64,000 nucleotides of DNA from Chiloscyllium plagiosum (GCF_004010195.1 NC_057719.1:18559159-18623158), one strand, 5' to 3'; positions 1-11,139 are shown, counted from the stretch's first letter. Notes: a model not told the origin generated them from the sequence alone. A program made the numbers and translations.

Positions 1-1611
1 AGTGTATATTTTGCAGGAGATGATGAATTTCCCACATTCAGTTTATGTTGAAAAGGGGAGGATTTGGGAGGCTGAATACGAGTTCCAGGCAAGTTGGCTG
101 GGACTGCTCAGCCTGAATGACTAGTTCTTCCAGCCCAGTATAAGTGGGTATTCAAAGGTTACACCGCCCTCTTCTATTTTGTACAATAAATGACACTTTT
201 GCATCTGAGGTACATATTAAAACACATACAAGAGAAAACAAAATCTAAAATCATTATTTTAAAAAGCTATAATCAAAGACAACTTCATACTTGAAGAAAT
301 GAAGCCTCTGTATAATTGGCTGGTATAGGGATGAATTAGGTCACTCTGTACTGTTTAAGAATGACAGTGCCCCTTCTTCATATACCATTTAGATTGTAGG
401 TTTTTATTATTCCTGCCATTGACACCGGCATTGTTGCAGATATCAAAAGTTCAAGAAAGCTTCACTTGTTCAGTCAACATTGCACAGATGCTTCAATGAG
501 GTCAAGCCCTGTAAACAGTGACAAACTATTTTCTAGTTTATGAAACATAAAGCACGTTTGTGGGCATGTAAGGTAATAAATCGCATATTTATATAAAACT
601 GATTAGTTTAATGAAGAATAAGAAATTTCTAGATAGAGGAAGCCTGCACTATTCCAAGGAGACATGAAACAATCACTGCCATAAATTTGAGACGCCCTCA
701 ATATAAGGAAATGCAAAAAAATGAAGTGACAATAGAGGGGAGTTCCTTCTGAAAGTGCTACGAGTTAATGAACTTTATAAACTATGTTTATTATTCAATA
801 TATCACAAACCTCTGTTCTCCAGTCAGATTTCAATAACACTGATTACACTGTCCAAAAGCTTGCATTGCAGCTGGAGCAGTTGCTATGTCAGTGCAATAG
901 GATAGCCCTAGTTTCACCCTTCCTTCTTATAATGATACAACCCCATTAAGACATGTTGCGAAGACTTTTACTCAGCAGTATTGCTTATGAACATAATAAG
1001 CATAGTGGGAACCTCGCAAAGTATGGGGAGGGAAATTGAGAATGTGTTTATTCGGGGCTGACAGCTTTGATGCAAACAGCGAAGGGAAAGTTTGGGAGGG
1101 CGATGGGAAATGCAAGAAGCCAAGGTGCAGAGGGCTGGTTAGTGTGGTGAGATTTTGGTGGTGGGGGGGGGGGGTGGAATGTGGAGATGAGAACTGTGTT
1201 TGCTGGGAAACTAGAGAGAGTTGAGGATTTCAAGCTTTTAAACACAGTTGAGAAATTTAAGCCAGGACAGGTCAGTGAGGATTGTATGATGAACAAGCAA
1301 AACTTGATACAAAATGGGAAATGGAGCAACACCAACAAACTGGATAGGCAGCCAGTGGGTTATTAGGATAGCCAAAACTCAAAGCAAATCGTATACAATC
1401 AACCACTTGTTGTAAAATGGCTCGCAGTCTTTAGGCCAATGTGGCAGTCACTTTGCATGAAGTCAGATTCCTTATAGAGCAATAAGAATAATTACCAATT
1501 AATCAATTTTTAAAGCTGAAGAGATATTTGAGACAGGATGTTGGAAGCTATCCTTAGTTTATTTGAATAGTGCCAGGGACTCTGTTTTGGTTTGGGACCT
1601 TACTTAATTAC

Positions 1612-1800
1612 ATCATAGTGTGGAAGCAGGCCATTTGGCCCATCCAAAGAGCATTCACCCCAACCACACCCCTACCCTATCCTTGTAACCCTGCATTTCC
1701 CATGGCCGATCCACCTAACTTGCACATCACTGGACTGTGGGAGGAAACCCAGTCAGACACAGGGAGAATATGCATACTCCATACTGACATTGTTTAAGGT
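1612..1800 (-). mobile_element. HE1-type (V-SINE) SINE, degraded
   Basis: GTGTGGAAGCAGGCCATTTGGCCC...GGACTGTGGGAGGAAACCC...GGGAGAATATGCATACTCC is the reverse complement of the HE1 body seen intact at 21243. Confidence 0.8.
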
Positions 1801-2308
1801 GAGATCTGAAGAAGTGCCCCTGTGATAAGTCTTCCTCTGGCTGTCTCATTGTTCGGGCAGCGTAGGTAATGCTCTCATTCCTGGAAATCCCAATCTTTTA
1901 AAATCGGTGTGAGCTTTGTATACTGTGCCTTACAAAATGTAATGTAGCTAGATTTTCTGATTAACCCTCCTGAAGACTGTGCAAACCCTTGTGTGTAAAG
2001 ATCAGAAAGAAGACTGGAAGTGCAGATTGCCCGACCTAATAATTTCTAAGATTTTCCTTGGTGCTGTTTTGCGTGTTAAGTTAATAGTAGAATTCCTGAC
2101 CTTCTCCCTCATTACCCTTATCCAACATAAAAGAGGTGCTACACTTGAATCAGAGTTTCTCCAACATTTTCTGTTTCGATTTCAGATCTCCAGCAACCTT
2201 TGCTTTTATTCGCCTTTAATCTCTTCTGACTGAAGGATCAATAAGTGACCAAGGGCGTTTGAAGATTTCAGGCTTAGATTGTTCTTTTCATTGTTCATAT
2301 CTGATTGG

Positions 2309-2490
2309 GTAAAAACAAGGACTGCAGATGCTGGAAATCAGATTCTAGATTAGAGTGGTGCTGGAAAAGTACAGCAGTTCAGGCAGCATCTATTCCTAAT
2401 GAAGGACTTTTGCCCAAAACGTTGATTTTACTGCTCCTCGGATGCTGCCTGAACTGCTGTGCTTTTCCAGCACCACTCTAATCTAGAACC
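2309..2490. mobile_element. Fold-back Penelope-like pseudo-LTR insertion with decayed hammerhead core
   Basis: 48-bp inverted arms 2343-2390 / 2441-2488 (1 mismatch); flanking direct repeat CAT(A/G)TCTGATTGGG at 2296-2309 and 2491-2504; decayed core CTAATGA-AGGACTTTTGCCC-AAAACGTT. Confidence 0.8.
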
Positions 2491-2663
2491 CATGTCTGAT
2501 TGGGACCACTTACCTGTTGATTTCCAAGTGTGCAACACTTTCCTATCCCTTCCACCAGCCTGAGGTCCTGTCCTGAGATGGTCCTGCACTGGAATTCTCC
2601 AGGGTACTGTAATGTAGAATAGAAATCACTGGCTCAAGATCCTGGAAAGCCCTTTCTAACAGT

Positions 2664-2708
2664 ATTGTGTGTGTGTGCATGTGAGTGTGTTTGTGTGAGT
2701 GTGTGTGT
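2664..2708. repeat. (TG)n microsatellite, imperfect
   Basis: direct inspection. Confidence 0.85.
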
Positions 2709-2729
2709 CTGGGGGGTGGGGGGCGGTGG

Positions 2730-2860
2730 TCTACCTGCTGCAAATGCACTGTGACAGTTCAAATTGGCAATTCACCATTGCTTTCTCATAGGCACCTAGG
2801 AATGAATAGTAAATGTTGGCCCAGGCACAGATGTCCCACATTCTGTGAATGAATTAAAAT
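2730..2860 (+). mobile_element. 3' tail of L2/CR1-like LINE
   Basis: GTAAATGTTGGCCCAGGCACAGATGTCCCACATTCTGTGAATGAAT matches the LINE tails at 37800-37865 and 15545-15880. Confidence 0.55.
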
Positions 2861-3339
2861 TCTGACGTTTCTGGATCTATAAAGGAGCTATGTCCTTTAA
2901 GGACATTCTTCTTTCCAGGTCAAGGGTGAGGGGAGAGCAAAATATGAATCCATGTCTAGTGTAGAACAAGGCTCAGTTCAGAACTTCAACATAATAATGA
3001 TGACATCGTAAAACCCCTTATCTCGAATGGGACTGTACTGTTGTTGGCACAGTTAGAGTGCACAAACTGCACAACTGAGACACTATATCTCATTCTGAAT
3101 ATCTTGCTCTCCGTTTTCTCAATTCTCTTAATTATCTTATGAATGCATTGGTTCACTTGATGTATGATTTCAAAACACATATTTCCCATGTTTAAATAGT
3201 CCATGTTTAAGTACTCAACCTTAAAAATGGTCACGCAATGTCTACACACAACTATGCATTGCGACAAATGGAAACCCAAGCCGATTTATTTCTCTCGTTT
3301 AGCCAAAGGTATCAATCACAATAGTTTTCCAGCAAGGTA

Positions 3340-3745
3340 AAGGTATACAGGAAAAATCCCACCGCTTTCAATTTCATAGGGATTCCCCTTTCAGTTATCA
3401 CCCCAAAATACCATGAAATGGTCACCCATTTCAACTCTGTTTGTGAGATATTACTGCAGGCAGTGCCCAGTTTGTGAACAGGTTCCGTTTGGAGTTTGTT
3501 CGTAAGTCATTTTGTATGCATGTCAAAACACAATGCAGGACAATATAAAGCAGCCATTCCTAAGTACAGAAAATGTTTGCTCATCAGATATTTAAAATTA
3601 TACACCTGTATGGGATTGCGTTCATAAGCACGAACATTCATAAGTCGAATGTTTGTAAATTGGGGACCACTACATTTGTAAACTTTCTGGCAAATTTGCA
3701 ACAGTCACTCCACTTCAGATTACTTTGGACGTGAAGTACCGTGGA
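3340..3745 (+). mobile_element. DeuSINE (SacSINE1-like) fragment interrupted by a MITE
   Basis: AAAAATCCCA...CTGTTTGTGAGATATTACTG / ...CAACAGTCACTCCACTTCA resembles the copy at 31730. Confidence 0.45.
3457..3672. mobile_element. Tigger/pogo-like MITE
   Basis: Imperfect terminal inverted repeats CAGGCAGTGCCCAGTTTGTGAAC ... GTTTGTAAATTGGGGACCACTA; internal (T)TCGTAAGTC / TTCATAAGTC motifs. Confidence 0.55.
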
Positions 3746-4267
3746 GTGACAATTTCAGTCATAATCTTATTGAATGATGAAACAGGTTGGAGTGCTGTAT
3801 CACCTACTCCTACTTTGATTTTTTTCACATTCTTATTTGCTGATGTCTGTCAAGACCTGCCACATTCCTGACACATGCTAAGGCACGATATAAATATGTC
3901 TGTCAGGATTCTTTTAGTTTTTGATCTTCCAGCTATTTGAAAAAGTTGATCATTTCGTTTCCTGGAGATTAGAATATGGATCTTGCTGTCATATGGAGAA
4001 TTTGCGGCTTCAAAGGGAAGGGAGGTAAATAAATGAGGGGAAAAGGATTAGACAGATGGAGATTACCTGGCAGAGCAGGTATTTCTTATGAAGAATAAGC
4101 CTTAGCAAAAAATAGTGAGTTTGAATTGTCTGTTCCAATGTCTAAGTTCTATGCTATAACTTAGCTAAGAACCTGTAGGGTTGTAAATTGGATAGGTCCC
4201 AAATGAGACACAGTGATTGTGGTGCACAGTTATCAATGCCAGTTGACAGTAATGATTTGAGAAAAGC

Positions 4268-4340
4268 CAGTTGGACTGGGGTGTACAAAGTTAAAAATCA
4301 CACAACACCAGGTTATAGTCCAATGTTCATTGTCTGGAAC
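4268..4340 (-). mobile_element. Penelope-like pseudo-LTR end fragment
   Basis: GGACTGGGGTGTACAAAGTTAAAAATCACACAACACCAGGTTATAGTCCAA, same family as 5905-5960. Confidence 0.7.
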
Positions 4341-4465
4341 CATCAACCACAGGATGTTATTTCTGAATGTCCAATGCCACTTAAAGCCAGCCTACTCTTC
4401 TTAAAATGGGAGGGGAATGTGGTTGAAGCAGTCCCTCTGAGTTGTAGCTGAAGATAACCCAACCA

Positions 4466-4810
4466 GGCAGCCTGGTGACTCAGTGCCTCAAAGTGCCAGG
4501 GACCCGGGTTCGATTCCAGCTGTGGGTGACAGTCTTTGTGGAGTTTACATGATCTCCCTGAGTCTGTGTGGGCTTCTTCTGGGTGCTCCAGGTTCCTCCC
4601 ACAGTCCAAAGATGTATGGTTTAGGTCGATTGGCCATGCTAAATTATCCCGTAGTGTCCAGAGATGTGTAGGTTAGGTGGATTAGCCACAGTAAAGTGTA
4701 GGATTACAAGGAAAAGGTGAGGGAGCTGGGTCTGGGTGCGATGCTCTTCACAGGGTTGGTGTGGACTTGTTAGGCCAAATGGCCTCTTTCCACACTGAAG
4801 GGATTCTATG
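4466..4810 (+). mobile_element. HE1-type SINE
   Basis: tRNA-like head (TGGTGACTCAGTG...GGTTCGATTCC B box), V domain (GTGGAGTTTACATG...CTCCCACAGTCCAAAG), LINE-derived tail. Confidence 0.9.
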
Positions 4811-4827
4811 GGATAGGAAGAGAGTAG

Positions 4828-5530
4828 GCTCCAAGGTTTTCAGAAAATGCATTGACTGTCATGGCAGAAGAGGTGACTAGGAAGACAGATGTCCTGCAGG
4901 TTGTTGGAGCTATTTATGAACCAGGGACAATTGGTCTGTAGAATGTGCAAAAGCAGCTTCTGATTGCTGATGAGGCTAAGAAAGGAGGACAGCCAGAGGC
5001 ACACAGAAAGCAATGAGTGTAGGTTGCTGTGGAAGTCAAATCCAAGAGCTAAGTTCCAGGAGCCTGGATGGAGTGCCAGTGGAACTTCAGTGATGTCACA
5101 TAAGTGCTCAAACTCAGAGAATGTATTTTTTGCTGTCCTATCCCAACAACTGCATCACCAGTCTCACGCATCGGTCAAATCGTCGCATCCCATCAATCAA
5201 CCACCAACTATCTCTTCATCACGACTCATCTCTCAAAATCATAGTCTCACCTCACCTTCCCACTGCTGCAAGTCACGCATTCACACAAATGGCATGAACA
5301 CACTGCCAGCTATTTAACTATGACAGCCACCTCACCAGAATAGATTACGTGACACTCACTGACATACTTCAATCTGTTTTGAAGGACAAAGCAGCATACA
5401 TTTGGAGGCTGTGAGAGCTAACCAGATGGTGACAGTGATGACTACACACCCCATTTCATGAAAGAACCACTGCTGACCATGACTGGGACATTCATTGCTG
5501 AGGGCCTGACCAGCACTGGGACTGAAACCA
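4828..5530 (+). pseudogene. Harbinger/PIF ORF2 (Myb/SANT-like DNA-binding protein) relic, two exons
   Basis: Manual translation APRFSENALTVMAEEVTRKTDVL...RKQ*V*VAVEVKSKS*VPGAWMECQWNFSDVT; second part at ~5384 DKAAYIWRL*ELTRW*Q resembles DKxAHNxRxxxxTGGG. Confidence 0.65.
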
Positions 5531-5889
5531 ATGAAGATAGTGGTATCATCATGCCTAATCCTCCTTCTCACATACCCCACCATATCTAACATCTGGACAA
5601 GCTTCCAATTGTGTAAGAACGAAGCTCTTACTTCTTCCATTTCCTGGACCACCACTCTTCATGTCAGTTTTACCTTTCTAATAATAGTAAAGTATCTGGC
5701 TTTGCCCATCAGTACAGGAACACCAAGAACACAGCAATGTTGAAGACATGCACTCTTATTTGATTTCACATTCATAGTAGGAGAAGAGACCAGAATTCGA
5801 AGAGCATAGATATCTCAAAAGGGTTAAGCAAGGAAGAGATTACAGAGACAGGGAGAGGTAAGATCTGGAGCATTACATATGAGTATGAT

Positions 5890-6050
5890 GTGGAGGTGCT
5901 GGTGTTGGACTGGGGCGGACAAAGTTAAAAATCACAAAGCATCATGTTATAGTCCAACAGGTTTATTTGGAAGCACAAGCTCTCAGAGCATTGCTCCTTC
6001 ATCAGGTAACTAGCTTGTACTTCCAACTAAACCTGTTGGACTATAACCTG
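5890..6050. mobile_element. Penelope-like pseudo-LTR, fold-back, second family
   Basis: Inverted arms TTATAGTCCAACAGGTTTATTTGGAAGCACAAGC / GCTTGTACTTCCAACTAAACCTGTTGGACTATAA; minus-strand core CTGATGA-A-GGAGC-AAT-GCTCT-GAGA-GCTT. Confidence 0.75.
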
Positions 6051-6054
6051 GCGT

Positions 6055-6460
6055 TGGGAGTGAGGTGCTAAAACAGCACAGCAGGTCAGGCAGCATCTGT
6101 GGAGCAGGGAAAAACAAAAATCAACTTTGGGGCATAAGCCCTTCATCAGGAATTAGGCTTTTGGGCCGGGGGGCTGACAAATAAATATGAGAGGTGTGGG
6201 GCTGGGAGGAAGATAGCTGAGAATACAATAGGTAGATGAAGGTGGTGTAGAAGGTGATAGGTCAGACAGGAGGGTGGAGCAGATAGATGGGAAAGACAAT
6301 GGACAGGTCAAGAGGGCAATGCCAATTTGGAGGCTTGGGATTGGGATAAAGTGAGAGGAGGGGATTCAAGGAACTGTTGAAATCCACATTGATCCTGTGT
6401 GGTTGCAGGGTCCCAAGGCAGAAGATGAGACATTCTTCCTCCAGGCATCGGGTGGTTAGG
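6055..6460 (-). mobile_element. Penelope-like element 3' end (GIY-YIG C-terminus plus pseudo-LTR)
   Basis: Minus-strand translation TRCLEEECLIFCLGTLQPHRINVDFNS; C-rich tract; CCTGATGAAGGGCTTATGCCCC core. Confidence 0.85.
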
Positions 6461-6465
6461 TTTAT

Positions 6466-6772
6466 ATTAGATTAGATTACTTAGTGTGGAAACAGGTCCT
6501 TCAGCACAACAAGTTCACAACAACCTTCCGAAGAGCAACCCACCCAGACCCATTCCCCTAAATTTACCCCTTACCTAACACTACGGGCAATTTAGCAAGG
6601 CCAATTCTCCTAACCTGTACATCTTTGGACTGTGGGAGGAAACCGGAGCACCTGGAGGAAACCCACGCAGACTCGGGGAGAATGTGCAAACTCCACACAG
6701 ACAGTTGCCCGAGGCAGGAATTGAACCCAGGTCTCTGGCGCTGTGAGGCAGCAGTGCTAACCACTGTGCCGC
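6466..6772 (-). mobile_element. HE1 SINE, near full length
   Basis: Reverse complement of the HE1 head, V domain and (ATCTA)n tail. Confidence 0.95.
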
Positions 6773-7471
6773 AATTTTTACCACATAAGAGCACTAAGAC
6801 AGCCAAAGACACAGAGAAGGCAGATATAAAGGCAATACACAAAGGCGATTGGTCAGATTTTGAGTGCAATGTGGCATGGTTTGATTTGTAAGTCTCCAAA
6901 TTTGGAATGCTTTTTATTTTTGTATTGTGGCCGAATGAACACAGCGATGGTCAGTGGCACAGGTGAGCTAAATTGGTGATTGGAAATTTTGAGCTTACTT
7001 ACTAACTTGCCACTCATAGAAGCCACTGACATATGCACTACATCACTATATCATGACAGTCTAGATTGGCCACCAGTGTCTGAATTTGTGTTCACTGAAC
7101 TCATGAACTTAGCAACTTAGTTGAGTTCAATTGCAATTACACTAGGGGTGTCCAAGTAGATGGCATTGCCATGGCGTCCCTCCTAGTCTCAGGCCTTACT
7201 AACATCTTTGTTGGTTACCGTGAGAAGCTCAGTTTGATGGAATGACCACAAATCTCTCATCCCTTGCATGCTTCCAGATTGGCACATTTGCAATATTGAA
7301 TCCATAGCTGCATGAAAGAATATTTTTACACAGCTCAGTAAATTTCATCCTGCTCTCAAATTTATCATTGAAATGAGCAATCAAACAAGCTTCCTTTCCT
7401 TGATGTATTAGTTGAGAAGTCTGCCAGTGGGATCTATCTACTGAAAGCCTCCAATCACTGATCCATCACTA

Positions 7472-7825
7472 AGAGGTAATGGTCTAATGGTATTATTGCT
7501 GGACTGTTAATCCAGAGACCCAGATAATATTACAGGCACCTGGGTTTGAATCCACCATGGCAGAAGGTGGAATTTGAATTCAATTATTTTTTTAATCTGG
7601 AATTAAGAGTCTAATGATGACTGTGAATTGATTTTTGGGAAAAAAAACACCCATCTTGTTCACTAACGTCATTTAGGGAAGGAAACTGTCATCTTTACCT
7701 GGTCTGGCATACATGAGAATCCAGACCCAGAGCAATGTGCTTGACTCTTATCTCCCTTCTGGGCAATTAAGGATGCCCAATAAATGCTGCCTAGCCTCAT
7801 CCCGTGAGTAACTAAGAAAAAAATA
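7472..7825 (+). mobile_element. tRNA-derived SINE (family B) with LINE-derived 3' tail
   Basis: GGTCTAATGG...CTGGACTGTTAATCCAGAG...GGGTTTGAATCC head; tail GGGCAATTAAGGATGCCCAATAAATGCTG; further copies at 25265, 43136, 51978. Confidence 0.85.
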
Positions 7826-8184
7826 CAAGTTGTGATTCCTCCAATCCCACATGCTACAAGATCAGTGTTTTTGGCAAACTTATTAATTTGGCCATCCATC
7901 TGCTTAGTTTGTAAGCTTGATGCTGAGATAGAGAATTATCATGAATGGTGATGGATACCCTGAACAAATCATCATTCACTTTATATCGCAACATCTCATG
8001 AACGACCTAGTTCAACACTTTTGGCCTTGAGTTTGATTTGATTTGGTTTACTATGGTCACATGTACTGAGATGCAATGAAAAGTATTGTTTTGTATGCTA
8101 TCCAAAAAATTTTTTAAAAAGGATAGAAAAAAAAGAAGCCATCTTTTCATTATGATGGTTCATTTTTTTTCTTAAAGGGGGAGG

Positions 8185-8883
8185 TGTTATGAAGATGTGG
8201 CTGTATTTTAAAAGAGCTAAAAGCAGCAGAACTACCGGACACAGCACCAAGTGTACTTAAAAAGGTAACAATGTAACACTGGGAGGAACAACTCGATTCA
8301 TTTGTTGCTTGGAGACAAAAGCAAATTTGAATTTGGCCAATCAGTTTGAATTATACCCGAAACGTATCAAACTCCAATCAAGTTTGAATTGAGTATATTG
8401 ACAATCTTGAGGGCCAATCTCACAATCTGATGCTCTGGAGTATAAGACCAGAGAAAATTGAACAGTTGAGAGGAGAACAGCCACAACCTAGCATGTAAAC
8501 AGACTGCCTGAAAAATAGCTCTCTTAAAAAGGCACTTTTTTGATCAATCACCTGTAAAACAGAAATTCCTAACCAGAAGAAAAGACACAGGAAGATATGA
8601 AGACAAGAAACAAAAGCTATCTGGTTTTGAGATAAGAAGTGCTGTTTTGTAAATCTTAATCATGAGCTTTATCGGACTAGTATTATAGAAGGAAAGGTAA
8701 AAGATAGTTAGAGAAAGAAATTGTTAATTGTGGTTAGTTAGTTATACGTTAAGAAATAAAATTGTTAATTTTTACTTTAAATAGTTCTTGGCCACTCGAT
8801 TTTTACAGATTACTGTAGGGGATAAATCTTTTACGTGTTGCTGGTTTTAAGTTAAGCAGGAGAGATTACCCAGTGTCGTAACA
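8185..8883 (+). mobile_element. LTR (3' LTR of an LTR retrotransposon) with upstream polypurine tract
   Basis: TGTTATGA...TCGTAACA termini (699 bp); AAAGGGGGAGG immediately 5'; CCAAT, TATAAG and AATAAA inside. Confidence 0.8.
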
Positions 8884-9189
8884 TAAGTGTATCAGTGGTG
8901 CCCAGTCTACATTATACCCTAAAAAGGAGGTGTCTCAAACATTTGAACAACATCTGAAATAAGCTATCACTCACTGCTACTATGCTGTCCACCCATGAGT
9001 GGTTTTCTCCTCCATCAAATCCAAAAGACATTTTGCCTACCATACAAATGAGCAGTATGATAATGAAGTTTGAGTGCTGGTATGATGCCAGGTCCATAGG
9101 CTGTACATCCTGGTGAACCATGTTGAACAACATGTCCTGTTGACTATCTGCAGCAGGCAGCATATCAATCATGTTTGTGCTTACAAGGT

Positions 9190-9400
9190 CATAGAAGGAG
9201 GCATTAACAACACAGAAGGAGGTCATTCAGCCCATTGTGTCTGTGCTGGTCGACTACGCTAATCCCATTTTCCAGCTTTTGACTTATAACCCTAGAGACT
9301 AGGACAGCATAAGAGAATACCTAAATACTGGTCAATGTTAAGAGCGTTTCTGACTCAACCACCCTTTCAGGCAGTGACTTCCAGACTCCCACCATCAAGC
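9190..9400 (-). mobile_element. CR1 LINE 3' fragment
   Basis: CACAGAAGGAGGTCATTCAGCCCAT...ACCACCCTTTCAGGCAGTGACTTCCAG, typical CR1 3' end in reverse. Confidence 0.65.
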
Positions 9401-10059
9401 CTCTGAAAATTACATCTATTGTTAGATGTGATTGTGTTCTTGAAGGTTGTTTATTAATTAATAACTGATTAAATAATTTTGGCCTGTGTTAAGACTTACA
9501 TTGAAAGCAATTTAAGATCATCATTTGTCCTTTCAATGTGATGCATTTGTGCATGCTAAAGGATACATATATAAATAGACAGGAGTCTGTTTTATGTAGG
9601 GAGAAGGATTGTGCATACATTGCTCTTTTTTATTTAAAATGAGATCATGGGGACTCTCTAATGCATCCCCATGGCAACACCCTGACAAAATCAGCATTTA
9701 CCTGCTTATATGAAAAATTAAGATTGACAGTAAAATGTTCTTCCTGCCTCTTCACGCCAATGAGGGTCCAACCAATCAGCACCCTTTTTTCATGCTGTAT
9801 AAAATGGTGTCCTCTTTTCCAAGTCTGGTTTCTTGTGACCTGTTTCTGATGACTGCAAGATAAAACAAAACATTGTCTCATTGTCTCTTTTTAGCAGTGT
9901 TAATTTTGATGTTACAGTTCCAGCTAATACACATGGATAAGTTATTTTCTTGCAAATGGATGGCCAGGAGATTGCTTACCTTGCTTTATTATCTTGTTTT
10001 TCTTCCTCCTCCTTTTTCCTGTTTGTTTACAGATGTCATTTGCCCACCACACATCTACT

Positions 10060-10470
10060 GATCATGCAACATACCACCATGAATCCTTGGGAGAACTGCA
10101 GGACTCTTCCGGGGCCCAGGTCATACAGGCAGTGGCTTCCATTGTATACCTACAACAATGTGCCTGTGGCTTCCTTGTCAGTGTCAAAATGGATAGTACT
10201 TTTCAGGCAAGAGCCATCCCCTTGGGTTGCCAAGGTAACTCTCAAAAATGATAGCATCGTGGAATTAAGGCATTATGACTGTGCCAACGTACTAGGAATT
10301 AACCAGAATGATTCACTGCCTATGGCTATGGATAAACCAGATGTCACAAGAATGACATGGGGCATTGCCATGCCTCACCTGGATGCATTAAATAGCAGCC
10401 TTCACCAAGGGCCAGTCTATAGTCTTCACAAAACTCCATGCTCGCTCTACCTTCTCATCTCTGGCAAGTA
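10060..10470 (+). pseudogene. Possible Harbinger transposase N-terminal relic
   Basis: PGPRSYRQ..QQC..., SPWVAKVT, ANVLGINQ loosely resemble the YRQR..EQC..ALPVAVKVT..GDxxGISQ order; weak. Confidence 0.3.
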
Positions 10471-11139
10471 GGAATGAAATATAATTTACTCTTGTTGAAT
10501 AACTTACCTCCTTCATGCATGCACACCCATTTGAATGCTATTAGATTATTCACAATGACCAGAAATGGGTGCTAATCAGCCCAATTTCTTGCCATTTATT
10601 TATTGATGTTTCTGTGATGCAACCATCATTTTCTTCTATTCATGTAAAATATAATATAAATGTAATTCCAACACTTAAATTTTAAGAAAATTTGTTGCCA
10701 GCTGTTGGTTTGGGTACAATGCAGGATTGATATTGATCTCAAGTAAGCAGTTTTGTCCACTGCTCATAGGGAGTGAACCCTACCAAATTATAAGCATGTG
10801 TCACTGTTGTATGTCAAAGTTGTTTTAATCTGAAAATGCCAGTTAACACAGTTCTCCGCAAGAGATAAGGCTAATGCTTTGTGAATTTCCCATATAATAC
10901 AATATCAACTATTCCAGGAGGGGTAAACAGAGACAACTAAGCGAACAAGCATTCAAATCTTGGTTGAAAAAAATTTAAAATAAAAAGTGTGACGTTATTC
11001 CATTATATTATCTTACTATCATTAATATTAATACACAGAGTCATCTATTCCAATCAAAAAGATTGAGGCTTTCAGTTACCTTAATATTCTAACCTAATTA
11101 TGTGCTAACTTTCCCCACATTATAAAAACACAATTTTGC

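Larger units (their letters stand above)
7070..9890 (+). mobile_element. Old Penelope (Poseidon-like) element: RT, GIY-YIG and pseudo-LTR, fragmented by nested insertions
   Basis: VQVDGIAMASLLVSGLTNIFVGY (~7170); KFHPALKF..QSNKLPFLDVLVEKS (~7340-7420); CKLDAEIE..GYPEQII (~7910-7975); KDILPTIQMS..KFECWYDARSIGCTS (GIY-YIG, ~9025-9110); 3' region with CCAAT boxes, TATAAAA and CTGATGA at ~9846. Confidence 0.75.

Noticed and set aside
9950..10471. Longest ORF (173 aa) as a functional gene
   Set aside because: Low-complexity start, no coherent domain; more likely a decayed transposase region open by chance
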